DNA of 64,000 bases from Lytechinus pictus (taxonomy: Eukaryota), in assembly GCF_037042905.1 (NCBI RefSeq), contig NC_087245.1, positions 26,476,001 to 26,540,000 of the forward strand, written 5' to 3'. How positions within the stretch are numbered: position 1 is the stretch's first letter; each line of letters begins with the position of its first letter. This document shows, one piece after another, positions 11,201 to 23,885 of the stretch. The notes below the pieces were generated by a model that was given only the letters and a program-made list of their open reading frames with translations, made no database searches and was not told the origin of the DNA. The position numbers and the translations under genes were made by a program.

Positions 11201-14200
11201 CCTTTCCTGGTCAGTTTTTTAAAGTAAACTTTGAATATCAATTGTTCATGTTGTTTCGAACTTGACACCCCAAAGGAGAGTAAAATGTATGTGCATAGTA
11301 CAATACTCCCTCCATTTCACCCGCCCCCCCCCCTGCGCATGTCATTCGTGTGATAGTAAGAAGTTTTTGCAACACTACTCAGACGCTTCCTGTAAATGCT
11401 GAGAATCTATTGTTATAAAGCCCTTCATGACAAAGCATCCTTTGTCGAAAACCACTGAATCAAAACAGCAGTGTTGTCCTGGAATCTGGACAAACAACAA
11501 ATTTGCAATTTTCGTCAGCTCCGAATCTTAGGACGATCTGCTTTCCCGGGTCACCAATTTTCGACAAAGACCTCTAAGGTGCCCATTGTGACTTGACAGG
11601 CATTTTTAACCATTTTGTAGAATTGGTCCCTGTTGCCATTGCAAAAACTCGCTAGCATGTAGGAATTATAAAGACGTAACACACATACCACACCAATGGT
11701 TATCCCAATTTCGGTTTGGATCTGTTCCTTTGCAGTGTTGGATGCTTGTAGGAGAGCGGGTTTTGCGCCAAAGGCGATCCTAGGGGAAAAAAAAAGAACA
11801 CAACAGCCACACACCTTAAGCATTATTTTCTATCATAATACTTAACAGTGGGGCCCATAGGATTCTGACACGCTATTAAGATAGAAAATAGTACCAGTGT
11901 GTCAGAATCTTATGGGACCCACTAATCATTTTTTTAAGTTAGAAATAATTGTGTTAAAGGGATGGTCCAGGCTGGAGATATTTATATCTAAATAAATAGA
12001 GTAAACTTCACAAAGCAAAATGCTGAAAATTTTATCATAATATTTAACAAATAAAGTTATTGAATTTTTAAGATTTGCATTATTCCGGTGAAACAGTTCT
12101 AAGCATGTCTTTATGAATATTCATTAGGTGGGCTGATGATGTCATATCCCCACTTGTTCTTTTGTATTTTATTATATGAAATTAGGTTTATTCAAAATGT
12201 TTCTACCAAACACTAAAACAATTGGATTGACAACTGATTTAAGTGCATTAGTTATTTACTGCCGCAACTTATTTCATCACAATTGAGACATATCATGTAT
12301 GAAAAAATGAAATAATTATGATTACATGTAAAAACATAAGAAAAAGGAAAGTGGGGATGTGACATCATCAGCCCACCTAATGAATATTTATGACGATGTG
12401 CATATAACTGTTTTCACAAAATATTGATAAACTTTAAAATTCAATAACTTCGTTACTTGTTATCCGATTTTGATGAAATTTTCAGCATTTTGCTCTGTGA
12501 ATTTTACTCTATTTATTTAGATATAAATATTTTCATCCCGGACCATCCTTTAAAGCCAACATATATCACCTACACTTTGAACAGTAGGCCTACCTACTCT
12601 AGACATAAGCTTCTCACAGGGTTCCCTGATCGTTACCATGCAGGATACATCATTAACATGTAATCCAATCATACCCAAGAATGATAAATATTTTGTTGGT
12701 ATATGAACTTTAAAACATTAACACTACAATATCTGCCCAGGATGGGAGGGGAGCACTGTAATATTAAGATGGACACCAAACTCCTCGACTTCAGGGGCCT
12801 AAACAAGTACTTTGTCATGATTTTACCACCTCAAATAATGGCTCAAATCCCAAATATCTAATTTTTGTGATGATCGGGTGAAAGTATACCCTTTTCCCCT
12901 GATTGTAATACATTTTCAGGACACCCCTTTTTCAGTTGAATAACATGGGCGACATTTTCCACTCTTAGGCCTATAATTTCTCTATTCCATTTTCTCCTCC
13001 CCCTTCACGAGTTGAAAAATCATAGCGCTGCCCCTGTATAGTTACATTGGTCCATGTGTATTCGTATCCATCAACGTTGAATACCGGTAAGATATACCAG
13101 TCAAAATTATCCAACATCATTCTTACGTCTTGTCGCTTGTCATACTGCTTCAATAACTGTTGGACAGGTGGAGAAAAAAAAAAACAATATTACGAATATA
13201 AAATCAGTATTTAGTTGTCTTCAGTGGCTAATTGATAAATTAAAGTGATCATCAAACCAAGTCTTTTGTGACGGGCATAATATGTGTCTAACATGCCATG
13301 GCCGTACTATGCAGCATGAGGGGCAGGTAGCAATTGGCCCCCAGACATTTTGAAAACTTACAGTTTACTGAACATTTTAACAAAATTCAGCAATAGTCTG
13401 CACAAAAATCCTTGTATTTCACTTTCGAAAATGCAAAACTCCACAAGCTCATCGATTCACTCATCCACTATTGAGTTTTTCAAAATTGTGCATCTCGTCC
13501 CACCTCCCCCCCCCCCCCCCCGCCAGGAAAAAAATGTCACCCTGCATACAGCCATGGTGTCTAATCATTGTCTTTGAATATAATATTTGCAATCAAGACT
13601 ATAAGCTTCAGGATAGTTCCATAAAATAATCAACCTTTTGTAGGTCTAGCCCAAGAGATCACAAATTGAGAGCAATATGTTAATGGAACTTTTCTTATAA
13701 AGAAAAAGAGAGAGAATTATGTCTGGAATGTCCCATGTAAATATCGCGATCGGATGTCCATACTTCATGCGTAAATAGCGATATCTATTTTAATGAAGTG
13801 TCATTTTTTACTATTTAATATTAAATGAGTATTGTCTCCCGTGATGCATCTCATCCCTTTATTGACCTTGTCAGTAACCATGGCAATATGTTAGTTTATG
13901 ATATTTTCTCATAATTACGTTCCCAAACAATTTCGAGTCCATGGTACAATAGGACAAAAATAAGTTATAAAAGTAAATATTAGACATGAAATAAAATTCC
14001 CGGTGCCTAGAGAATTATTCTGATAAGTTAGCGATTCCACACATGAGGTATTTTGTTTGTATATAAAACATGAATTCAAGGAGAATTTTTATCAACTTGA
14101 AAAAAAAAACGATCAAACCATACAACATCAAAACAGCAAACGGAGATATATTGCTCATAAACATATCCGATATTTGACATACTTGATTAGTCATGTAGAT

Positions 14201-17200
14201 GACGGTGGCTGGAGATATCCACTCACGGGCGTGTATTCCTCCTTGAATGAAGATGGATTTGCGAGGTAGAGTTTCGTTGCCATGGAAACGTGATTGTTGC
14301 ACAGGAACGCTGATCTATAATTATTGCAAAAAAAATAGTATGAATGTATATTGACAATGAGAATGGTAACATGAATAACTATATAGACAAGAGCTGATGA
14401 CGGATTGGCCGTGGGGGGGGGGGGGGGGGTGAGTGGTGTAATAAAAAAAGTCCCCACCATTATATTAACCAAAATATGCAAAACGTGGCAAGCAAAACGG
14501 GGTCTAGACATTTTTTTTTCTTTCTCTTTGGCCCAAGTTTTAGAACTATAACGCTGTCACATAGAAATAAAGAGACTTTCCTCTCCTCGAATTTATGCTG
14601 AACTTCCATGCATATCTTTCTATCTTGAAACGCACGACTAAGAAACCTGCCCAAAAGATTAGATCTGATGTTGAGTTGAATAATTAGAGAAAAGGCTTGG
14701 ATATAAAAAAAATGAAATTTGAGATTTTTAAAGTTTTTCACTTATTTTCATAAAACAGTTCTATTTATAAACATATCATATGCTGTATGCAACTGGGAAG
14801 CCGGTGATAGCATACACTCCCTATCAGCATAAGTCAACGAAAAGCTTCTTTACTACCAATGTTACTTATAATAAGACTTTACTGTGTGACATCATAGGCT
14901 TCTTCTACATTCTGACTAGCATGTGCATAATTGTTTTGTGATAAAAAATCAAAGGTTATAACTTTCTTATACTGGACTTGATGGAACAAGTCCATGTTAT
15001 CTAGTTAGATTTATTCTCTATTTACAAGTGTTCAAATCAAACTGTCATTGGGAGATCTTCAAACTTGATTCAACTTCTGATACCCGTGTGTTTGATCCAT
15101 AGAGGTGGAAACAATAAGCTTACTCAACCTCTATCCTGTCTATGGTTTGATCCAATTTATATATACAGGGACTCTAAAAAATTAAAATGCGCAAGTCCGT
15201 TGAGTGTTTTCTAAATATAGATTATACTCCGGGATTATACGCATGTATTGCATGCACCAGCGTTCTTGTGTCCTAAGGGACATTGTAAACAATTTTTTTT
15301 TACGAAGAACAATGACATTGATGGATTTACATGGTTGAGACCGATCGGATTAATTACAACTCTTAGTGAGACGCGTCCTTATATACCTTGAGTGCCCTTA
15401 TAGTCCTTCCTTCATAAGATGTACCGATCGTAATTATGGTGACAACACCCTTGTGTTTTCTCTCGATAGAATCAATCCATCTGTTGATCTGAAATTAAGA
15501 CAAATAGTCAAACAAATTTGCAGAAACACATTTAAAGCTTATATAGTTTTCCCGAAATTTATGGTGATTTACAACTACCTCCCCTTCCCTCTGCCTATAA
15601 CGTATATTATGAGAACATAACTCCCCCAAAGTACCAAGCATTGTTTACATTATTATATTACAGGACCCAAAATCTGAAATACTTTTGACAGAAAAATAGA
15701 AGAGGTAACTAATTTGAACTGATTTAAATTACTCATTAAAAATCTTCTTAATTCTTATTGATTTAATAAAATATCTTGTGAACTTAATTATTTTCCACGG
15801 TAGTGCTACAATTTCAAAATACTTTACTCTGTAATGCTGCCAAGAATCACGAATATTACCCCGAGTTTGAATAAATGGTAGAGTGGTTTTGATTTTTTCT
15901 TCACATAGATACAAAGCATTCGGCGCATTTTTGGTGTTTTTAAAAGCACATTTGCTCTAATAAAAATACTGATAGTTTAAAAACAAGCACATGAACCCCT
16001 ATTTTTGAATGTTTGTTCCTCTTAGGTATACCTTCCTCTACAACTCTACAAATTTTGGTGAAAATGACATGGATTTTGAATAAAGTGCAGCATTTATTGT
16101 ACTTTTGTAGTTTGTTACTGAAATTTCACATTTTTTAGATTGGGATTTTGTTATCTTTTACGCCATTTTTAAGAACTGACAGTGCTGTTAAACTTAAAAT
16201 TGCAAACAAATAGCACTATAAATATATTCTCCATTCTAACGATACAATTATTAACTCTCTTGCAAAATTTGATGACTTTTTCATGTATTTTGACTGAGTA
16301 ATACAGGTTTAAACTCATTGTAGTAATCTTGGGCGGTCTAAAAATGCCAAATTCTTTTGAATGCGCAATTCTTAAGAACATCAATTTGGGTGAACTTCGA
16401 AGTTCTATAGCAAAAAATCAAGCACATGGACCTATGTTAATTTTTGCATATTTCGAATATTAAGGTTCTAAAGTATCTATGTGCAAAGTTTGGTGAAAAT
16501 GACATGGATTTCACTTTAACTGTGGAACGTCCTTAAGTATATTAATCTTGTATGAAATGTTGGCAGGGGGCAAGCTTTGCTTTTTCAGTAGACCCCTCCA
16601 CTTTATTCATTTTATAGAAACAAATTAAAATCTGCTTATTTCATGCAGTTGTATTTTTTTCAACTGTATTGGTATATTTTGAAATGTACTTTCATGATTT
16701 GTGGAATATGAATGAATGCGTATATCATGTTTATCAAAGAGATATAATGTGGACGATGTAGAATAAAAATGTATTTTATTGGAAGAACATTTCCATTTTA
16801 CTGATTAATTTTGGTTGGGTGCTCAATCAAAATAAATAGAACGTTTGATATTTTTATTTTATAATGATGATGACAACAACAACAATAACAACAACAACAA
16901 CAACAACAACAACAATAATAATAATAATAATGATGATGATAATAATGATGATAATAATGATAATAATGATAATAATGATAATAATAATGATAATGATGAT
17001 AATAATAACGATACTGATAATGTCACGTCTATCATGAGTGTCGATCCATGGGGGTTGGGGGATCTCCCAATATTTCAGGCGGGGGATTGCATGTGTTATT
17101 ATCCTCAATACTTTTAGGTCGAACATCATAATATTCTAATATGATGAATCATTATGACAAGTATCATCATCATCATCATCATCACATAACAATACTACTA

Positions 17201-17218
17201 CTACTACTACTGCTTCTG

Positions 17219-17267
<49 letters not shown>

Positions 17268-20200
17268 AATTACTACTACTACTACTACTACTACTAATAA
17301 TAATAATGATAATAATAGTGATAATAATAATACTGTTATCAATATCTTCAAAAAGACAATTATTCAGTGTGTGCATACCTGACTAAGGTTGTTGTATTCA
17401 TCATATGTAAATCCCAAACCAGTCTGAACCCTGTTCATATACTGCTTTGTAATGACCCGTTGAATATCCGTCTGTAAGACCTATTAAATCAAAAGAAATA
17501 ATTTCATTAGGTAAAAGATGTAGCCCTCCTTTGGCAGGCAGTCGGTGTTCAGATTCATAACTCGAGATGTTGAATCAGTAGAAAAGGGTAAAGAATGATG
17601 GCGATATTATAAGATATGCCTCGTTTGTCGATTACCCAAATGATTGGCATTTAATTTATCAGACTCTACCTCACCTATAGATATGGCTTTCCTGACGGAA
17701 ATAATAGTCAATAGAGTAGAGTAGACATAGTGTAGAGGTGTTTTGGTTATACATGGTGTTTCTTTTAAAAAAAGGAACAGCAGTTCAAAGGTCAAGTACC
17801 GTGGGTCACGGCATTGGGGGGCACCAGAAAATGTTTTGAGTCACTAAGTGAGCGCGCGAAGCGCGCTCAGTTGCCAGGTATACTGACCTAATAGAGACAT
17901 TTTAAGGACAGTGCCATTAAACGGATATGTCTTTCACTGGTCAAATAATGCGAGCGCGCAGCGTGAGCTTAAAATTTTTGATATTCAGACCTAAAAAGGG
18001 ACTTTATAATCAATCTTTTGTAATCATCATACGTACCTGTCTCGCTAAATAATGCGAGCGCGAAGCACGAGCTGAAATTTTTGTAAATACTGACCCCCAA
18101 ACAGGAAGATTTTAAGGACTATATTTTAGGAATCCATTATGAGTATACACATATCACCATAGTCATTTAATGCGAGTGCCAATAAGCGCTTGCTGATTTT
18201 GTTAGAATTACATCTAAACATGCACATAAAGCACTTGTAATCATGATTAACATACCCATCTCACTAATCGAATCTTGCGAGCGCGAAGCGCGAGCTGAAA
18301 ATTTAGGAAATTCATACATGAAGAAGGCTTGTTTGTAGGAATTCACGGAGACCATACGTAGTTGACTAACCAAATGAAGCGAGCGCGAAGCGCGAGCTTA
18401 ACATTTTTAATATTCAGATTAGAAAAAGGGACATTTTAAGGACTGATTCTAGGAATTCATGGAGAGCAGACATATTTCACCAATCCACTACTGCAAACGT
18501 AAGCACGGACAGGAAATGTTTATATTAAGACCTTAAAATGGGGCAATCACTTTAAGTAGTCATGAAAAAGAAGCATACTATTGTACATAATACCATAATA
18601 ACTCGAAGTGTGAGGAAATATATTTGGCAGTTTGGTGTATATTGACTTGAAAACGGGAGGCTTTAGTATAACAGGATTATATATCTCAGTGAACAGACAA
18701 TGCGAGCACTAGGAACAATGAAGACATAGGCCCTGAACAAATTATGTTTCATTAAGTTATGAAAACAAATGTTTCTTATGTAATATAACATAACATAATT
18801 ATGATATAATATAACATTATAATGAACAATAATGTCTTCTTTCCCACTACGTTTCTCTTCCTTTCTCCCTATTTTTCTCCTTTTCCCCGTTTTTTTTTTT
18901 TTTTTTTTTTTTTTTGGTCAGCCGATTGGGGGGGGCACGTGCCCCCCCCCCCCATGCCCCCGTAGTTACGCCACTGATCCTGAATATACAATTTTATTCT
19001 TGTGAATTCGATTCTACATAAGTGAGTAACTCATCAACTATAATTTGACACCTTCCTTGTGTCACAATTGTCACGTGTAATAGATTTATGGTCCTTCGAA
19101 GGCGAAGGGTACAAAATCTACCTTTTCCAAGTTTCGGGTTTTATATGATGTACATGAAACCAACTTTGTTGTAAGGTTTTGATTTCATCAGAATTTTCCC
19201 CTTCAAATTTCAGTGAAATGCTGTCCCCTCTTAACTTTTTGCGAGTGACTGGCATTTCCGCATTAATTGCCTAGCTTCTGTTGGGCAAGTATTCATGCCT
19301 ACCTTTGCACCAATATAATGTTTTCACAGTATACCTCCCCTATCAAAGCTGCATGTCTTGCATTGCTCTTCTAGCCATTGCTGGATTGTGACGAGGAACA
19401 TCTATCTCATGCCAAAGAAGCATGTGACACTGCAAGTCACCAAGGATGTGCTCGACCAAATTGCAGCTAGACACGAGCTATGTAACATTCACTCGCAAAA
19501 AAATAGCAAAAGGGACAACATATTAATGAAATTTGCAGGGAAAAACTCTGAAAAAACCACGACCTTACAACAAAGTAGATTTCTTGCATATTCGTTAAAA
19601 CCAAAAACTTTGAAAAAGTAGGTTCTGTACCCTTCGCCTTCGAAGGACCATAACTCTATTACACGTGAGAATTGTGACGCAAGCAAGGTGTCTAATTAAA
19701 GTTGATGAGTCACTCAGTTATGCAGAATAGAAATCACATGAATGAATCATGTATTCTTGGTATAGCTGACCTTTGAACTTCGGTTACCTTTTTTAGAAAC
19801 ACCCTGTATATTTGACCTGACGAGGTTATCAGAAGTACGGAAAGAGAGAGAAAAAAAAAGACAAAAAACTCGTAGGAAAAACAAGTTCGCCAAAATGTGG
19901 TCAGCCACATTAGCCCAAGATGGCCGAAACAATTATTACCGATCATGACCCCCCCCCCCCTGGTGTGCTGCTTGCTGAGGACCCGTTGAAATCGGGAATA
20001 AGATTTTTCCGTTCCTTTGTATTATTGTTAATTAATTTTCAAAATTATTATTCATATAGATTTTTTTCACAGTATAATTGGTGTTTCACTACACTGTGGT
20101 CACTGTGTGGCTGATGGAGATACACATTTTATTCATATTATTATGTTCATATATTAGTGATCGTTCTACTGCTTAGGTACGTCGCGCGATTTTTTACTCT

Positions 20201-23200
20201 GTGGTTAATATACTATTCACAGTGTTGGCACACTGTGTAACCATAGGCGGCGGAAGCGGGGGGAGGGGGGGGGGGGGACGTGTCCCCCCTAAATTTGAGG
20301 TGGGGGACGATCCCCCCCTAAATTTTTTGTTGACTTTTTTTTTCTTTTTTTTTTTGCTTGTCAAAAAATTTTGGTATTCCCTCCCTGAAATTTTGGTTGC
20401 TAACCTTTTTTTTTATTTTTTATTTTTTTGCTTGTCAATTTTGTTTCCTGCGTCCCCCCTAAAACTTTTGGCTTCCGCCGCCAAAGTACAAAAAGGTGTT
20501 CCAGTTTATCACAGTGGGATAACTATGTGAACACTGAGTGAAACACAAGAGTGGTTAGTAGCTCCATGGTGGTACGTACCTGCATGTTCTCTCTCTGCAG
20601 TTACCCCCCCCCCCCTCCCCACACTCTTCGCGCGAATAATGGGGGGTAAAGTACAGACGCTTAAAAGTGCAAAAGATGATGAGATAAGAAGACGAGCCAT
20701 ACGAGAAGACGAGTTGTTGGAACTCGGCAAGTCGAATCATTTGGGCCAAGAAGACAAGATTACGAGTTGTCTTCTTGTTCCAATCAAGTCGAGTTTCCAA
20801 GTTCAAACAAATTGATACTCATCCGGTCTTCCTCTCCCAAACAAGTGGACTTGCCGGGTTCCTACAAATCGTCTCCCCGTCCTATAACCCGTTTTTTCGT
20901 CGTATCTCGTCATCTGGTTTGCACTTATAAGCTTCCGTAGTGTGTGAAGGAAAAAAAAAGAAACAATCTCGAAGGAACAGCATCCCGAAAATCTGAACTC
21001 TTTTGACAAGCGAGGCCCTATACCAAAAGATCAGTCCTAACCTAAAGATTAGGTGTGCCATGCGACAAAATTTGTCCTCGCCAGGTGAGGTCGCACGCGA
21101 CAGAGATTTGTCCTCGCCAAGGGAGGTCGCACGCGACCAACTTTCTGCCCTGCAGGCAATGTTTTACCATTACGTAAGACCATTACACCCACTAGCGTAC
21201 CTACGGGGGGGGGCAGGGGGGCACTCTGCCCCCCCTGACGAGCAACAACCCATACAAAAGACATATACCTGCCCCCCTGACAAGCTTAAAAGACATTTTT
21301 TGCCCCCCCCTGACGAGCTTGAAGACCTATACTGCCCCCCTGATGAGCTTGAAGACCTTTTCTTTTTTTTTTTTTTTTTTTTTTTTTTGCTTGTCAATTT
21401 ATTTTCTGGTACGAAAACCTATATTTTTTTAATTGAAGACCTTTTTTTTTTTTTTTTTTTTTTTTTTTGCTTGTCAATTTTTTTGGCGGCCGATTCCCCC
21501 CCCCCTGTGGAAAATCCTAGGTACGCCACTGATTACACCCTTCTTGACTGACAAGCGAGGTCATTGCATTAACATATAGTCTGCAAGCACAGACTCATAT
21601 CTGACATTTTAACCTATTATACCATGTGTAGGGTGGAGACTAGACGCCAAACTCTCTGTCTGTGTAAAGCCAGCCACAGTTACTGCGTGTATAGCAGGCC
21701 TACATAGTGATTTTAGTCTCACCACTTCAAGACTCCGCATTTATATGCACTATGCGAATTGTGAAAAGCAGTGGTCTGTGCCTGCAGACTAGCATAAACA
21801 CGCTCACGCAGTAAATTGGACTGAGAACCCCCTCCCCACGATTTATTTAAAGGACACGTCTACCCCAACAAAAAGGTGATTTGAATAAAAAGAGAAAAAT
21901 CCAACAAGCCTAACACTGAAAATTTCATCAACATCGGATGTAAAATAAGAAAGTTATGACATTTTAAAGTTTCGCTCAATTTCACTAAACAGTAATATGC
22001 ACATCCTGGCTATTTCCTTTGTATTTTATTATATGAAATATGAAACGTTCTAATTTTCTCCCCATTGTCAAGTGATACAACGATTAATTCCTACCTGAAC
22101 ATATGGAATTGGTATTGTAAAATACTATATATGGTTCAATCAAATTGGTCCTTATTGTCAAATCTGTTTAAAAAAAATGAAATATTGTATAATTCAAACA
22201 ATAAAAAAAGAAATAGTGAGTGATGGACATCATCGACTGACTCACCTAGTTGTGCATATCACTGTTTTGTGAAAAATAAGCGAAACTTTGAATGTCATAA
22301 CTTTCTTATTTTACATCCGATTTTGATGAAATTTTCAGTGTTATGCTTGTTTGATTTTTCTTTATTTATTCAAGTCAGCATTTTCCTGGGGTGGACTGGA
22401 CCTTTAAAGGTCAAGTCCACCCCACAAAAAAAAGTTGATTTGAATAAATGAGGATTCACATGCATGGTATTGTGTAATACCTCAACCAGATACTGTGGTA
22501 CAATTGTATTGAATGCTGACGAGAAGTCAATGAACAATACTCTGACATAGGTCTTAGCCTCTTCCAAGTGCTTACAAACTGTGTGTGTTAAGAATGCAAG
22601 AGCATCTTCCACACTTCTGTTTCTTCTATATGCGAACTGGAGAGGGTCCTGATAGTCTACAGTCTCTTTCATCAAGACTTCTTTCACTATTTTTTCAAAG
22701 CACTTCATGATTATGGGAGTCAGTGCAACCGGTCTGAAGTCATTGAGCACACATGGTTTTGACTTTTTAGGGATTGGAATGATTATAGCTTTTTTCCAGA
22801 GGTCTGGAACATGTGAAGTGTCAAGAGACCATTGAAACAAAAGACAAAATAATTAGTGCAAGTAAAAAAGAGTCCGTGGTCGCCGCTGAGCAGCAAATAA
22901 CGTCAGCTTCATCATCTTCATGTTGCTTTGCCCCCTCCACTCCTGTTGAAATCACATTTCACCTCCCTGTGTGAAACCACTATGGTTAATATAACGGTAC
23001 TAGGGGGGTGGATAGTTCAAAGAAAGATGTGATTCAAATTATTTTTTCTTGCGCGGGGGGTGGGGGTATTTGAATGACGACTGGGCACCGCATCCCAGGT
23101 AAACGATGATGAAAATAGATCCCCACCAAAATCATCGCCCATACTCTACAATCACTGGTTTCATCTCATAGAATAATACTTCTTACCTCGAATGATGAGA

Positions 23201-23847
23201 AGGATCGGTTGAAGAATGATGCAAGATTATCAGCCGAGGAAGGAGGTACCATTACATCAACTGGTCGACCAACAGATGAAGGTTCTATCCAGTATGATAG
23301 CTGAAAACATGGAAAAGACGGGTTGTGGAATAAAAAGGGGGTTTATTTAGAAATGGACCTTAAGGGGGTTGCAATGTCACTTTATTTTTTTAATGTCATT
23401 TACCGAAAAGAACATACTTTGACTATTTTCTACTTTTTACATTGACTGTCTTCGATTACCATGATCACTGAAGTTCAAGTTCCTCTGCCCAGAAATGGCA
23501 ATTCTTCTTTAATCACTCAATGCATGCTTAATGATAACTTACATTGTTTCTATCAGAGATGAGTGTCAACGCCTCTAATTCTACATCCGACCGAGGTGTC
23601 ACTCGCCAAACCTGGTATCTGTAGCGAAGAAGAGAAGCTTATATGATTGTAGGAAGCTAAATTTTGATAGGCCTATGGGTTGGGGTAAAATATCAATAAA
23701 TAGTTGCAGGAGAGGTCCATTGAAAGTATACAGGGAAAACACCAGATCAGATTCGTAATAGGTCCATGATCAGATTAAGTGATCTGAGAATTTTATTAGG
23801 TGAGGAAGTATAGGGGAAGAGAGGAGAAAGAGAGAGAGAGAGAGAGG

Positions 23848-23885
<38 letters not shown>

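Noticed and set aside
16845..17386. Poly-N/I/V/L/S ORFs
   Set aside because: Translations of trinucleotide microsatellites in a carboxypeptidase intron.
20242..20485. CATAGGCGGCGGAAGC...GCTTCCGCCGCC MITE-like segment
   Set aside because: Probably a hAT-type MITE, but the right tip and TSD do not match, so boundaries are unsupported.
21003..21551. 182-aa ORF with PPDELEDL repeats
   Set aside because: Runs through a hAT MITE with poly-T tracts; the repeats are the MITE's internal tandem units.
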